Assembly: GCA_010909165.1 (NCBI GenBank)
Contig: VJWM01000106.1
Location: 62,001-126,000, forward strand
Reading direction: 5' to 3'
DNA: 64,000 bases
Source of the DNA: Anthoceros angustus
Lineage: Eukaryota; Plantae; Anthocerotophyta
A model generated the notes under the pieces. It made no database searches and was not told the DNA's origin. It saw nothing but the letters and a program-made list of their open reading frames with translations. The translations under genes and the position numbers were made by a program. Shown here in pieces: positions 13,671 through 26,700 of the stretch (positions within the stretch are counted from its first letter, which is position 1; each line of letters starts with the position of its first letter).

Positions 13671-15683
13671 ATAAACAAGTGATGCATTGTAGTAGTGTTT
13701 GATGCCGCCAAGGCGCCCCTCCGACACCTCCCGCAATTTGCTGCCGCCGACGCGGCTCCTCCTCCTTTCGCTGCTGTAGCTCCCGCTTGTCGGCCATGGA
13801 GCTCCCCTCCGCCTTCGCAAATCGGGCTGCCACCTCCTCCAGAGCCCTCGCCCCGTCCATCCTTACCCGAGGTCCGCCACTTCTCCAGTGGCCAGTATCC
13901 GCCCGCCTCCCCTCGGCTTCCTCCGGCTCCTTCTTTAGCCACGCCCAACCCTTGATCGCTGCCTACTCTCCTCCGTCTCCGCGGCCGAGACGCCGACCGT
14001 CAAGTCTTTGATTCTTCCGCTGAGAATCCGTGTTGCTCCGACGCTGCCTTGGAGTTGCAGCCCAGGTGTCCTCCGCCCAGTCCCTTTCCGCCTTCTCAGA
14101 CGCTTCTCCGCTTCTTGCCACCTGGCGGTGAGGCAAGGGCACGGCGGTCCTGCGCCGGCTGGTAGGGTGCCTTCCGCCTCTTCGGTTCCCACCGAGTCCG
14201 CGGCCTGGGCGCTATTGTTGGTCTGGCCGGAGCCGGAACCAACTCCTCCCTGTGGCCTTCTCAAGGCTTACCGCCCGTGGGCAGGAGAAGGGATGTCCTC
14301 CACACTTCCCTAGGTGGCTAGGGGTCCGCTTAGACGATGGAGTCAGGAATCCTCCTGCCGTCCTCCCGACCCTCTGCTCCGGACCGACGGGCCCGCCTCC
14401 CCGCACTTCCCTTCGCCCGGTAGGGCGGCGAGCCCTTCCGAGTGCTCGCCTCGCCTCCTTCGTGAGGTTCGCCCCACACATGGATAAAGAACGGCGATAA
14501 CGCTCGATGAAGGTGGTTTCTCGCCTCCTGCGAGCCTCTGGTTGATCCAGCGAAATTATTCGCGGTCAGCATTTTCCTGGAGGTCGTGAGGAACACCAAA
14601 GAATTATCTCCAAGGTGGTCCACCTTGGTCAAGATGTTCCAAAGGGACTATAATCTCGCCATCGATCGCACCTCCTCGCCTGTGAGGTCCGACATCACCA
14701 CCTATTTGAGGATCGCTGCTCCGGTCGCAAGAAGGCCGCCGCCGCTTCCACCTTCCCTTCACCTGTGGGCCCGTACTTACTCCTCCCATTTCATCGGCGG
14801 TTGTAGATCGCCTCGAACCTCCACGGCCCACCTCCGGGTCCTCCTGGTGTTCTTGACGATTCTGGCCGCTTAACATTTTCCGGCATTCTCCAGGGTGACG
14901 CTATCAAAGGTCCGCACCCTGGAAAATGTCCAAAGTGCCATTCCTCCACCACCTCCTCCGCCTCCCCCACGATCAAGTGCAGGTAGCGCAGACGGCGATG
15001 TTGCCCACCCGCGCCATGGTTCTACATCTCCGCTTTGGTCCCATCCTTGCGCCCCGCCGCTTGGGGCTCTACACTCGTCCGCCCGCCGCTGGCCGCTGCC
15101 CACCGAGTTTCGAGCCGCTGGAGGGTGTGCCTGCGCTTAAAAGACAACGCCAGAGGCCGTGTTCGAGCGCAAGAGAGTGCGAAAATCGCCGCGAGGTTGT
15201 TTGAAAGTGATGACCTCCGCCCCGCTTCGCTGAATAACTGTCATGCGGGCGTCACGCCTGCAGAATCGCTTGAGGCCTCGCATGGCTTACCTCGCCTTAC
15301 GCCTGCCGCTGCATTCGGCCTTACGCCGCCTTGACGGAGAGTGAATACCACCTATAACGCCATCGCAACCCTACGCCCCGGCCCGCATGCGCTCACCACT
15401 GCATCACCCACGTGCTCACTGCCTAAATCACGCCAACTTCTAAGTTACTTTACTTGGTGTACTTATCCGCTCGACCCGAGTGGGGTCCTGACTTATCCCG
15501 ATACTCTGGCGTGGTCCCGAGGTCCTTCTGAGTGTGCCCTGAGTCCTTCCACCTACTCCGAGTCCTACTCGAGTACCCCGGAGTACACCCCGCTTGTTTC
15601 TCCTTCCGCCTTTACACTCCATACCTACGAAAAAAGCAAACCCAAATTTTATTTCCTAACCCCGGAGAGTCCGTCCACGAACC
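13671..15683. mobile_element. Right arm of carrier element C, abutting the truncated Gypsy integrase
   Basis: GC/C-rich segment between the right TSD of A and the point where integrase-like reading stops (~15684). Terminus ccgtccacgaacc only weakly resembles the Sola-like ends. Confidence 0.45.
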
Positions 15684-18281
15684 ATACTTGTTGGCCAACT
15701 GATATGTAACCGACGCTTGTGTTGCTTATCGCCAGGCGGGGTGGGGGATTTTCACCATACAGTAGTTTGAATGGGTCGGTGCCAAGCTGGCGATGCTTCA
15801 GCAGGCAATTCTAAAAGGGGAGGAATTCTTCCACCCTTTGCTTCTCATGGGTGAAATGACGAAGCATATCTTCTAGGACTTGGTTTTGTTTTTCTGATTG
15901 ACCATTTGACTCAGGATGGCATGTGGATGACAGGTGTTGCTGGATACCTAGGGTTTCACAAAAGGTCTGCCAGAATCTGGAGGTGAACTTGGTATCCCGG
16001 TCTGATACTATATTTTCAGGTAGGCCATGGAGTCGAAAGATCTCTCGGGTAAAAACCCCTGCAAGTTTGTGCGCTGTGAGGGTGGAGGATCGATGAAATG
16101 GCATACTTTGACACCTCGTCTATGACAACCCGACATCGCCTTCACCGCTTCGCACGGTAGGTGTGATGAAATCCATGGAGATGGACCTAAATCACGTAGG
16201 ATTTGAAGGTTGAGAAGACCGCTATTATCGGTGGTCACTCTTGGCTTGGCCGGGCATGATGCGTGAACGGACCCATCCGATGCAACTGAAGCAGCGGCCC
16301 CAAGAGAAGTGTTCCTTGACCCGAGCATAGGTCTTGTCGATTCTCGGGCAACTCGCAAGAGGTGAGTCGTGCAAGTCATGGAGTATGGACGTTTTACCTT
16401 GAGTTGGGAATCATCCGACCTCATGTAGATACAAAGGCCCTTCAAGGTATACACTTGTGTAAGGGCCGAGGTGTCCTCATGGCCTCAGGAGCGGTGTCTT
16501 GTATAACTTGTTCATGGTGGGGTCAACAGGAATGGCGTCCCGAACAATTCTGATGGTGTCTAGTTGGTTGGACATCATGGTGCACACCCTTCTGCTGAGA
16601 GCATCCGCCACGACATTAGAGGGGCCTGTTACGTACTTGATTTCAAAGTTGTAGTCTGCGAGATACTCAGCTCAACGCCGTTGCCTGGCGTTGAGGTTTG
16701 ATTGTGAGAAGAAATGTTGTAACGAGTGGTGACTCCAGATTGGTATACAAACCTGCTGGCCTAAGAGGTAATGTCGCCAAACCTTGAGTGCATGGACAAT
16801 ACATGCATTTCTTTGTCATGAATCGCATAGTTGAGTCGGGCACCTTGTAACTTCTTCGATTCAAAGCTATAGCCTTGCCATTACGAGATAGAAGCGCACC
16901 TAGTGCAAAATCGATGCATCCGTGTGAAGGTGTAGGGTGCACGAGGATGCTATAGCAGGGCCCCGGGCCGCCGAGGTCCTTCAAGGCCTCGAATGCTGCC
17001 GAGGCGGTTGCATCTCACTGCAGGGTCTTACTGGCTGATTGCTTGAGGGCATCTGTCAATGGAACTGCAATTTCTTTGAGTTACGGATGAGGCGATAAAA
17101 CACCATACCAAGGAACCAGGCTGTGTGATGGCTTGGGGGAGGGGCCATTCTAGTATAGCTTTGATCTTTCTAGGGTCAACCTTAATACCCCCGGAGCTGA
17201 TAACATGGCCCAGGTACTCGCACTCATTTTTCATGAAGACACACTTGCTCCGGCTTGGCGTGACTTGTTATTCCTAAGCATGGTGAATACTTGTCCACTA
17301 ATTTGAATGTGGGTTGTAGGTCTGCAGTATATCAAGATATCATCAAGAAAAACTTCCACCCCTTTTCCCAAGAGTGGTCTCAAAATCTCTTGCATGAGGC
17401 ACTGGAAGGTAGTCGGGCGTTAGTGGAGGGCATCATGTGAATTCAAAGTGGCCATGCCTTGTAAAGGCCGTCTTGAACTCATCACCCTCCTTGATCCGGA
17501 TTTGGTGGAAACCGAGGAGGTCGATTTTGGTGAAGTACCTTGACCCATGAAGCTGGTCTAGAATTTCATCTATTCTAGGCATCTCGTATACATTTCTGAT
17601 TGTGGCTCGATTGAGCCCTCTGTAGTCTATGCATAACCTCCAATTTCCATCTGGTTTTGCCACCAACAGGACAAGTGCACCAAAGGGAGACACAGACGGC
17701 CGGACGAACCCACTCTGTAAGAATTCATCAACTTGTCTTTTGATCTCTTCGTTTTCTGGAATTGAAGTTCTATAAGGTTGGATACTTACGGGTTTATGGC
17801 ATGGCAGGAGATCGATACCATGATCAATTGCCCGTCGGGGAGGTAGCTCAGTGGGTTCGGCGAAGATGTCAGCATATTCTTGTAACATCTCCTTGAAGTC
17901 ACCAGGCAACTTGGCCTCATCTTCCTTCGCTTGGGCTGCTCTGGACTCTGGTGTGCCATCTAGGGGCAACACCCTCTTAGCTATGTCTTGAAATTGCACA
18001 GATTTGTGAGTTTATTGAAAGCTGATACGGCGAACAAGTGCTTGTCCGGTACGTAGCGTTCTCCAGACATTACATATTGCTTACCGTCTATTGACAAGGT
18101 GGCTACGTTGTTATCCCAGTCTATGTTTAGGGCTCTGAAATGATACGCTAGCCAGGGCTTGCCAACTATGACATCATGGCAAAGCGTTGGCATAATACTG
18201 AACCTCAGGGTCTCTGCATAGCCTCCTGGGAAGGTGAGTTTTGCATCTGCCCACTGTTCCTCGTTAATGTTTCTACCGTCT
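15684..18281 (-). mobile_element. Ty3/Gypsy pol fragment (C-terminal half of protease, RT, RNase H, integrase), frameshifted
   Basis: [73 protein letters not shown]. Domain order PR-RT-RH-INT is Gypsy. Confidence 0.93.
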
Positions 18282-18285
18282 AGAG

Positions 18286-21200
18286 GGGTGTGAGCATGGT
18301 TAGGTGACCACTAATTTCGGAAACGGGCGAAACCGTCTCTAAGTGGTGTTTTGCATGACACACAGATTTCTTAACAATTGAAATTATGCCCATTTTGACC
18401 GATATTTTTAGGGCTATTCGCTTTTAACTTCATAGATATATTTAAATTTTTATATTTGGAAAATTAATTTATTTGATATATTATTAGATTAAGTCTTGCT
18501 ATATGTGGCGCCGACTACCGACTACCATTGGCGCATAATCTCGTGGTCGTAGTAAGGAGTCCGCTTCAGAGAATGATAAGTCTGGCTTGGCCGCTGCTTC
18601 GACCGATTCTCACCTTACTTTGTCCGCTCAACTTTAACACACGCAATCGCTTTGCGCCTAACCATCATAACGCGTTCACCGAAAAACCTTGTGGCCAAAC
18701 GCTTAAGGACCCGCTTTGCTCCAGATCGCTCCACGCCGGCCACTGCTCCTTTAGTCTCGGCCCTTCCTCATCACTCTACTACGCCATCAACCTTGGAAAA
18801 GAACGCAAGAGCACAACCGGACCTCCTCCGTGGCTCATCCGGGCTCCGTCCGGCTCTACACGCCTCCCGGAGTTCCTCCGGCCACACGCTCCTGACGCCG
18901 TCACGCCCGACGAACATCCCTGGGTCCGCTCTTCCCGCACACACCACCACCATGTTAGGGTCCGTCATCAGACCTTGACTGCCTCTTCGAGTGCCCGGCC
19001 AGACTCGTGACTCACGTTAGCATGAAGACACACAAAGGTCTGCAAGAAACGCGGCATCAACACCAAGTTCTATGGGTCCATGCATGGTTTGGTTATTCAC
19101 TATTAGTGGTAACAGACGAAACAAGGGCAACGTGTCACTTTTTGTCACCCTTAGAAGAATTTAAAATATCTCACAAATGACAACAATATTAGACTCCCTA
19201 TTTTTTGAGTGCTCTCAAGAGGTATTGTGAAGCACACTTACCAAGTCTCATCTTCATTGGATGGAGCATGAAGGATATAAAAAATGACAAAGCTCATAAA
19301 TAGTTTTAGTACAAGGATTTGAAAAGAAGGACCTTCATTCCGAGTTTGTACAATGTTGAAGCAAAGTTGTAGATAGTGTTGAGGTCTATAGAATTAGCAA
19401 AAGAAAACGTGAAAAATGATTCACCAGTAAAAATTAAGGATGATTTACTTCTTGAGAAAATCATGTGCTTTGCTAAAATAATTTTAGAAAAATATATGTA
19501 ATGAGATTTAATGAAAAGTGAAGTTAAAGAGTTTTACATACATGGGAATGTATATGAAAAATATGTATTCCATAAAAGTCATAGTATAAAAATTAATTGC
19601 AAGGTGAGAGCTAACCACAGATGTATGTAAAAAACGGGCAAAAAGTGGTCATTGACCGGGGTGAGGGTGATAAAGAGGTTCGGTTTGGCCAATCCTTGTT
19701 TTGGAGATAGATTTTGTATGATGGCATGATTGCTCATGTGAAGTGGGAGCGGGCCCTGGATGTGAAAGGCATTTAATGGAAGCGCGGTGCGGTGCGGGAA
19801 AGTGTGCGGGTGGGGTGGGTGCGGTGTTTGGGCTGGTGGGTGCGGGGTGGGTGTGGTGTGGCTGGAGGCGGGTGGGTTTTACTGGGTGGGGGTGCGGTGT
19901 GGGGTGGGTGGGTTTTAGGGTGGGTGCGGTGCGGTAAAAAGTGTTTGGGCTTTTAGGTGTGGTGCGGTGTGGGTGTGGGTGTGGTGGTGTGGGTGCAAAG
20001 GGGTTTTACGGTGGGTGCTACTGTGGGGGGGGTGCGTTTTAGGGTGGTGCTAGTGAGGAAAAGTAAGGGGCAGTGTGACTCCTGCGATCGGGTGGGACGT
20101 GCTAGAGAGGGTTAGTCAAGGAGGAGGGTAGCTTGGGGTGGGGAGGATGCAATGAATGTAGTCCAAGGGCGTGAAAACCTTCGCGCCAATTGACCGAGAC
20201 CATTAAAGATGTCTTCAGGGGTAGGCCAAACTGTGGGGACCTTTGAGGTCACAGGAGGTGGACTGCGGTAGGTTTTGAGGATGTCGAGGATTGAAGAATC
20301 ATAGTGTATGAGAAGTGCCCTTCACCTCTGAACGTCATATCAAAGGAAAGCCTTCGCTTTCAACCATCCATTTTTCGTTCAAAGGAGCCGAGGCGTAAAG
20401 CCAGAAGTTTTCGTGGGATGAATCACAATTGCAGTCATTGTAGGTTGAAAGACTAGAGTTCCGAGGAATGGCTGCGATGAGCATGTCCGACGATTTGTTG
20501 GATAAGTTGGAGTACTGCTATCTAGGCGGTGGTATCGAGCTGTCGAGCTTGAAGTGGAGCTTCTAGGCCTTGTTCTTGTGTGTAGGTACATGGCAGACCT
20601 TAATGGTGTCTTTAAGAACTAGCTATTTTTACAGAGCCACCGATTTGTGGAGGCAAGTACCGCAGATCATTTTTCACAACCTGTGGTCATTTCTGGCCTC
20701 GTGTTTGACAGCTCCATTCAGAGGTTTGTTGGACACTGTTGTTTTGCCATTTATGGCACTTCAACCTTCCTTCCTTCCCGAAGTTTTTTTCCGCTTCAAG
20801 GAGTGAACACCTCCGAATTCGCTCCCCCCTTGCGGATGGCATGGGTCATTTGTTGGACAATCAAGCTTGGCCGGTGCATTGGTATCAGAAATGTCGTAGT
20901 CGGAGCTTCAGGTTTGTCTTTTGTGTGTAGATGTGCGTGACCTTAAAGATCAAGAATGTCTTATGTATTCATCGAGCTTTGGAGGAAGTCCGCTTTGAGT
21001 ACCTGTGAGCGCTTTGCCTAAGGCCTGTACTGGAGGGGTGTGAGCATGGTTAGGTGACCACTAATTTGAACCAAGCGAAACCTCTAAGTGGTGTTTTGCA
21101 TGACACAGTATCTTAACAATTGAAATTATGCCCATTTTGACCGATATTTTTAGGGCTATTCGCTTTTAACTTCATAGATATATTTAAATTTTTATATTTG

Positions 21201-23760
21201 GAAAATTAATTTATTTGATATATTATTAGATTAAGTCTTGCTATATGTGGCGCCGACTTTCGGGTTGGGCGCACAATCTCGTCGTTGTAGTAAGGAGTCC
21301 GCTTCGAGAGAATGATAAGTCTGGCTTTGCCGGCTTCACCGATTCTCACCTTACTTTGCGTCCGCTCAACTTTAACACACGCAATCTGCTTTGCTAACAC
21401 TCATAACGCGTTCACCGAAAGCCGGGCTAAACGCTTAAGGACCCGTTTGCGTCCGTATCGTTCACGCACGTCACTCGTTCCTTTAGTCCGTTCCTCTCAT
21501 CACTCTCACTACGCTCATCAACCTTGGAAAAGAACGCAAGTGGCTACACAGTCCGGACCTCCTCCGTTGCTCAACCGGGCCTCTCCGTCCGGGCTCTGCA
21601 CGCCCTCCCGGAGTTCCTCCGGCTCACACGTTCCGGTCCGCTCGACGCTGGGCCGCTGCTCTGGACGAACACGGGTCCCCAGTCGCTCTTCCCTGCACAC
21701 ACCACCACACGTTAGGGTCCGTCACCAGACCTTGACTGCCTTGAGCCGTGCGCTCGACTCAGACTCACGTTAGCATGAAGACACACAAAGGTGCGCAGAA
21801 ACGCCATCAACACCAAGTTCTATGGGTCCATGCATGGTTTGGTTATTCACTATTAGTGTACAGACGAAACAAGGCAACGTGTCACTTTTTGTCACCCTTA
21901 GAAGAATTTAAAATATCTCACAAATGACAACAATATTAGACTCCCTATTTTTTGAGTGCTCTCAAGAGGTATTGTAAGCACACTTACCAAGTCTCATCTT
22001 CATTGGATGGAGCATGAAGGATATAAAAATGACAAAGCTCATAAATAGTTTTAGTACAAGGATTTGAAAAGAAGGACCTTCATTCCGAGTTTACCCATAC
22101 AATGTGAAGCAAAGTTGTAGATAGTGTTGAGGTCTATAGAATTAGCAAAAGAAAACGTGAAAAATGATTCACCAGTAAAAATTAAGGATGATTTACTTCT
22201 TGAGAAAATCATGTGCTTTGGCTAAAATAATTTTAGAAAAATATATGTAATGAGATTTAATGAAAAGTGAAGTTAAAAGAGTTTTACATACATGGGAATG
22301 TATATGAAAAATATGTATTCCATAAAAGTCATAGTATAAAAATTAATTGCAAGGTGAGAGCTAACCGTGTATGAAAAAGGGCAAGAAAGTGGTCATTGAC
22401 CGGGTGAGTGGTGATAAAGAGGTTCGTTTTGGCCAATCCTTGTTTTTGGAGATAGATTTTGTATGGCGGGCAGCGATTGCTCGCCGTCATGTGAAGTGGG
22501 AGCGGGGCCTCGGATGTGAAAGCGGCTTCAGAGCGGGTGCGGTGCGGGTGCGGTGTGGTGTGGAGTGCGGTGTTTGGGCTTTTAGGGTGTGGAGTGCGGT
22601 GTGGGTGTGGGTGTGGTGGGAGTGCGGTGTGGGGTTTTAGGGGTGGTCTGTGTAGTGTGGGTTTTAGGGTGTGGGTGCACGTGTGGGGGGGTGTTTGGGC
22701 TTTTAGGGTGGTGTGCGGGGTGGGTGGGGTGCTGGAGTGCGGGTTTTAGTGAGGAGTGTGGGGGTGTGGGTTTTAGTGTGGGTGCGGTCAGGTGTGGGGG
22801 TGCAAAAGGGGCGGTGTGACTCCATGACCGGGTGGGACGCTAGGAGAGGGTTAGCGTGAGGAGGGTAGCTTGGGGTGGGGGGGAAGATGGCGAACAATGT
22901 AGAGTCCGCGGCTTGTGAAAACCCTGGTCGTCAATTCGACCGCAGACCATTAAAGATGTCTTGTGGGGTAGGCCCCAAACCGTGGGGACCCTTTGGGCAG
23001 GGAGGTGGCTGCGTGGGTTTTGAGGAAATGTCAGAGGGATTGGAAGAATCGAAGGTGCAGAAGGAGGATGAAAGTGCCCTTCACCGGATGGAACGTCATC
23101 AAAGGAAAGTCCTTCGTTTGTCAACACATCCATTGCCAAGTCATAGTGTGGCGGCTCTTAAAGCTAGAAAAGAAGTATTCGTGGGATGAATCTAAATTGC
23201 GAGTCATTCTTTGTTGACAAGAAGACTAGAGTGTCAATCGAGGAATGGTCGTTAGATGGCAGTCGCGTCACGGGATTTTGTTGGATAAGTTGGAGGCAGG
23301 TTGTTGGTCTCGGTGGTATCGGGTTGTATCGGACCTTGAAGTGGAGCTTCTAGGTCTTGTTCTTTGTGTGTAGTGTGTATCGCGGTGACCTTATGGTCTT
23401 GAAGAACTCGCTATTTTTTACATAGCCTTGAGGCAAGCAATTACAGTCATTTTCACAACCTCTTGGTCATTTCCATTCGAGGTTTGTTGCTCCATTCAGA
23501 GGTTTGTTGGAAATCCGTTGTTTTGCCATTGGCAGAAACTTCAACCTTCCTTCCTTCCCAGTTTTTCCGCTACGGTTGATGAACACCGCCGAGGCATGTC
23601 GGCCGCCGGATGGGCATGTGGGAAATCATTTGTTGGACAAGTTGGAAGCATTTTTGGTCTAGGCGGTGGTATCGCTGGTTGTGAGCTTGAGTGGAGCCTA
23701 GGCCTTGTTCTTTGTGTGTAGTGTATGCAGTGTGACCATAGTCCCACGAAGAACTAGCTA
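18286..23760. repeat. Tandem duplication, ~2.75 kb unit (18286-21035 / 21036-~23760), starting exactly at the D left terminus and including the B left end
   Basis: gaggggtgtgagcatggttaggtgaccacta at 18283 and 21033. AT-rich parts near-identical; distal part of the first copy more divergent. Confidence 0.85.
19780..20050 (+). repeat. GT-rich low-complexity tract with TTTTAGGG-like units (also 22530-22800 and 25920-26030)
   Basis: Recurring ggttttagggtgtgggtgc and gtgcggtgtggg. Confidence 0.8.
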
Positions 23761-26700
23761 CTTCTATGTAACCACGAGCCTTGAGGAGGCAGCGGTGTCA
23801 CTGGTCATTTAAAGGAGTGTGATGTGATGTTTGCTTCAAGGCTGTTGATCTGGGGCCTATTAGCATATTGAGCAAGACATGTTGGCTCCCACACGGACAT
23901 CGATGTTGCCGATGCGCACTTGGCTTCTTCACCCCATGTACGCGCCGGGAGGACACTCAAGATGTAATTTTCTAAGAAACTTCAAGATGTCCCTGTGGTC
24001 GGCCTTTACTGCTTGCAAGTTAAGCGCTTGCTCCGTTGTTGAGCAATCAATCTGCGGTGTGGACCTAGCTTTCTGGAGCCGCACTAGATCACCTGGGCGA
24101 GTCACTCCTCTAATCTTTAGGTTCTACCTTTTGACCATGGTAAGGAGATGTCTTATGGACCTTGATTCTTGTCCTTTTGAAATGAAGGTTTGTGAAGTTT
24201 TGGCTTTCACAATTTTTGAAAGTTGACCTAAAGCCACGTGAGCGTTGGTGAGCCTAGGGCATAGCTTTTCACGGTGACCCTTGTTTAGAACTCACGCCCA
24301 TGGCGCCTTCAATAGTGCCGCAGCGTCGCGGAGAAGGCCGCGCAAACCGGGCATTGAGGCGAGGGCAGCGGAGAAGATTGCGTCGAGGCGATTCGGGCCG
24401 GGAGTTGCTAGCGGGTTGCGGCAAGGGAGGTGTCGCTTGGGGTGAAGTGCACACCTCGGCTAGAAGAAGTGCCGAGCTCCGTGTGGATGGTCAAATTGGG
24501 GCTTGGATGCTAGTTCTCCTTCACCACATGAAGGAGGAGGTTCCTCCGATCGGAGGCGTGGTCCAGACCACAGGTACCCCGGAGGGGGCCACCTAGGATT
24601 CCTTTCCTGAACCGCGTGGACATGGCTTCTGGGCTCTGCCCGTCTGCTGGTGATGGGCCAGCTCGCCTTCATCATCGAGCAGCGTTCGGGCTTGGCGAGC
24701 TCGGCGGCGGTCGCAGCGATTGCGGCACATCAGCGTGTGGGAAAAGCGGGCAAGTCAACTAGCTCGAGAGATTGGGCTCGTATTCCAGCGGACCCAAAAT
24801 ACACATCGACATGTAGCCGATATTACGCAACACTTGTTGACCTTGCCCATCAAGGCATGCAAGCTTCCATTCGGAGCCCAAAGAGATGGCTGATGTCTTT
24901 TGTTGTTGAAGAACATGAAGGCCGCACATTCACGGTTGAAGAATGTTCACCACAGACCACTTGCGGGCAAGCGTTCTTCAACATAATTTTGTCGAGGAAG
25001 TCACAGGACCTCGGTTGCAATCTATCCTTGGTCGTGCCATTGGTGTGGCAGGCGTGTGATCCGTTCGGCGTTGTGAATCTCGAGTGCGGATTACGTGCCA
25101 CATACATTTTGGGGGTGGCCATCGTCGATCGGATGTGTTGTCCACAAGTGCGAGATCTTGGTAAAGAAATTTTGGGAGCTTGCAAGCCGCCCCTCCTCAA
25201 ACACCAAGGATGCCAGCGCATGAGATTGCCCCAAAGGCGTTTGAGAAACACATAGTCCATTTCATGGACATGTCGCAGGTGACACTGCCAACCGTCATTA
25301 TTGCTTCATTGTCTGCCACATTGTTTGCTTCACTCCAGTACTTTGGTGTTCAGCACTTCCATTGTTGCACTGTTGCCATATACAGGCATTTTCATAGGCT
25401 TTCCACGCGCAACGTTGCTTCCCGATGGGATACCACAGGTGGAAGGTAGCGTCGAGCACTAACTAGGAAAATCTACATCCCGCATGTGTGCCCTTTTTGT
25501 TTGGTCAATTCTTTGTGGGAAACGGTGACTGCTGCGATCCGTGACATGGTGGTGCCTCACTTACAAGTGGTGTGGCGGATTGTGGATCGACGTCACTCTG
25601 AGTACCATCTGTCTTCTCGTGGACAGTGGACATTGGTGTGGAGAACTAGTGAATGGTGGGCACCCTCATTCTGGATGATGGTGTGGCGTTCATGTAGTTG
25701 GGGGTTTGCCTTTAGTGGATGTTGGTGGGTCCTAGTGTATGGTGGTCACCACCATCCATGTGGCTGGTGATGACCCTCTTACTGTGACTCTGAGTGGAGG
25801 GCACTGTCCCTCTTGGTGGATGTTGGTCTCCCTTTTAGTGGTTTGTGGTGTGTGTCTTGGTGGATTGTGGTTTGCCACAAAGTGGATGCTAGTGTGCCTC
25901 ATAGTGGAGGGAGGTGTGGGTGGGTGGGGGAGTGCGGGTGCGTGGTGCGGGTTTTAGGTGGGTGCGGCCGGTGTGTGGGGGTGCGGGCAGGTTTTAGGGT
26001 GTGGGTGCACTGTGTGGGGTGCGGTGGTGTGACTCCATACGGTGGGACGATAGGAGAGGGTTAGGTCTGTGAGGGAGGGTAGCTTGGGGTGGGGAGGAAG
26101 ATGGCGAACAATGTAGAGTCTTTGTGAAAACCACAGTCGTCAATTCGACCGAGACCATTAAAGATGTCTTGTGGGGTAGGCCCCAAACGTGGGGACCCTT
26201 TGGGCACCTGTGAGGTGACCGTAGGTTTTGAGGAAATGTCGAGGGATTGGAAGAATCGGTGCGAAGGAGGATGAAAGTGCCCTTCACCGGTGGAACGTCA
26301 TCAAAGGAAAGTCCTTCGTTTGTCAACACATCCATTGCCAAGTCATAGTGGTGAGGCTCTTAAAGCTAGAAAAGAAGTATTCGTGGGATGAATCACGAAA
26401 TTGCGGGTCATTGTCAGGTGTTGACAAGAAGACTAGAGTGTCAACTGAGGAATGGTACATTAGATGAGTTGTCACGACGGGATTTTGTTGGATAAGTTGG
26501 AGGCACCGTTGGTCTATACGGTGGTATCTGGTGTCGACCTTGAAGTGGAGCTTCTAGGTCTTGTTCTTTGTGTGTAGTGTGTATCGCGGTGACCTTATGG
26601 TCTTGAAGAACTCGCTATTTTCTCAGAGCCACCGAGCCTTCGGAGGCAAGTTACTCGGTCCACAACCTCTTGGTCATTTCCATTCGTGAGGTTTGTTGCT

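Noticed and set aside
15660-15690. Sola-type right terminus for element C
   Set aside because: Only a weak match to the consensus and the partner end/TSD is outside the window; family left unassigned.
18770-18970. SAP-like motif (EELREACRA) in the D left arm
   Set aside because: The two copies disagree in frame and downstream consensus residues are not evident.
19780-26030. True telomere or interstitial telomeric array
   Set aside because: TTTTAGGG units are isolated within GT low-complexity sequence, never tandem.
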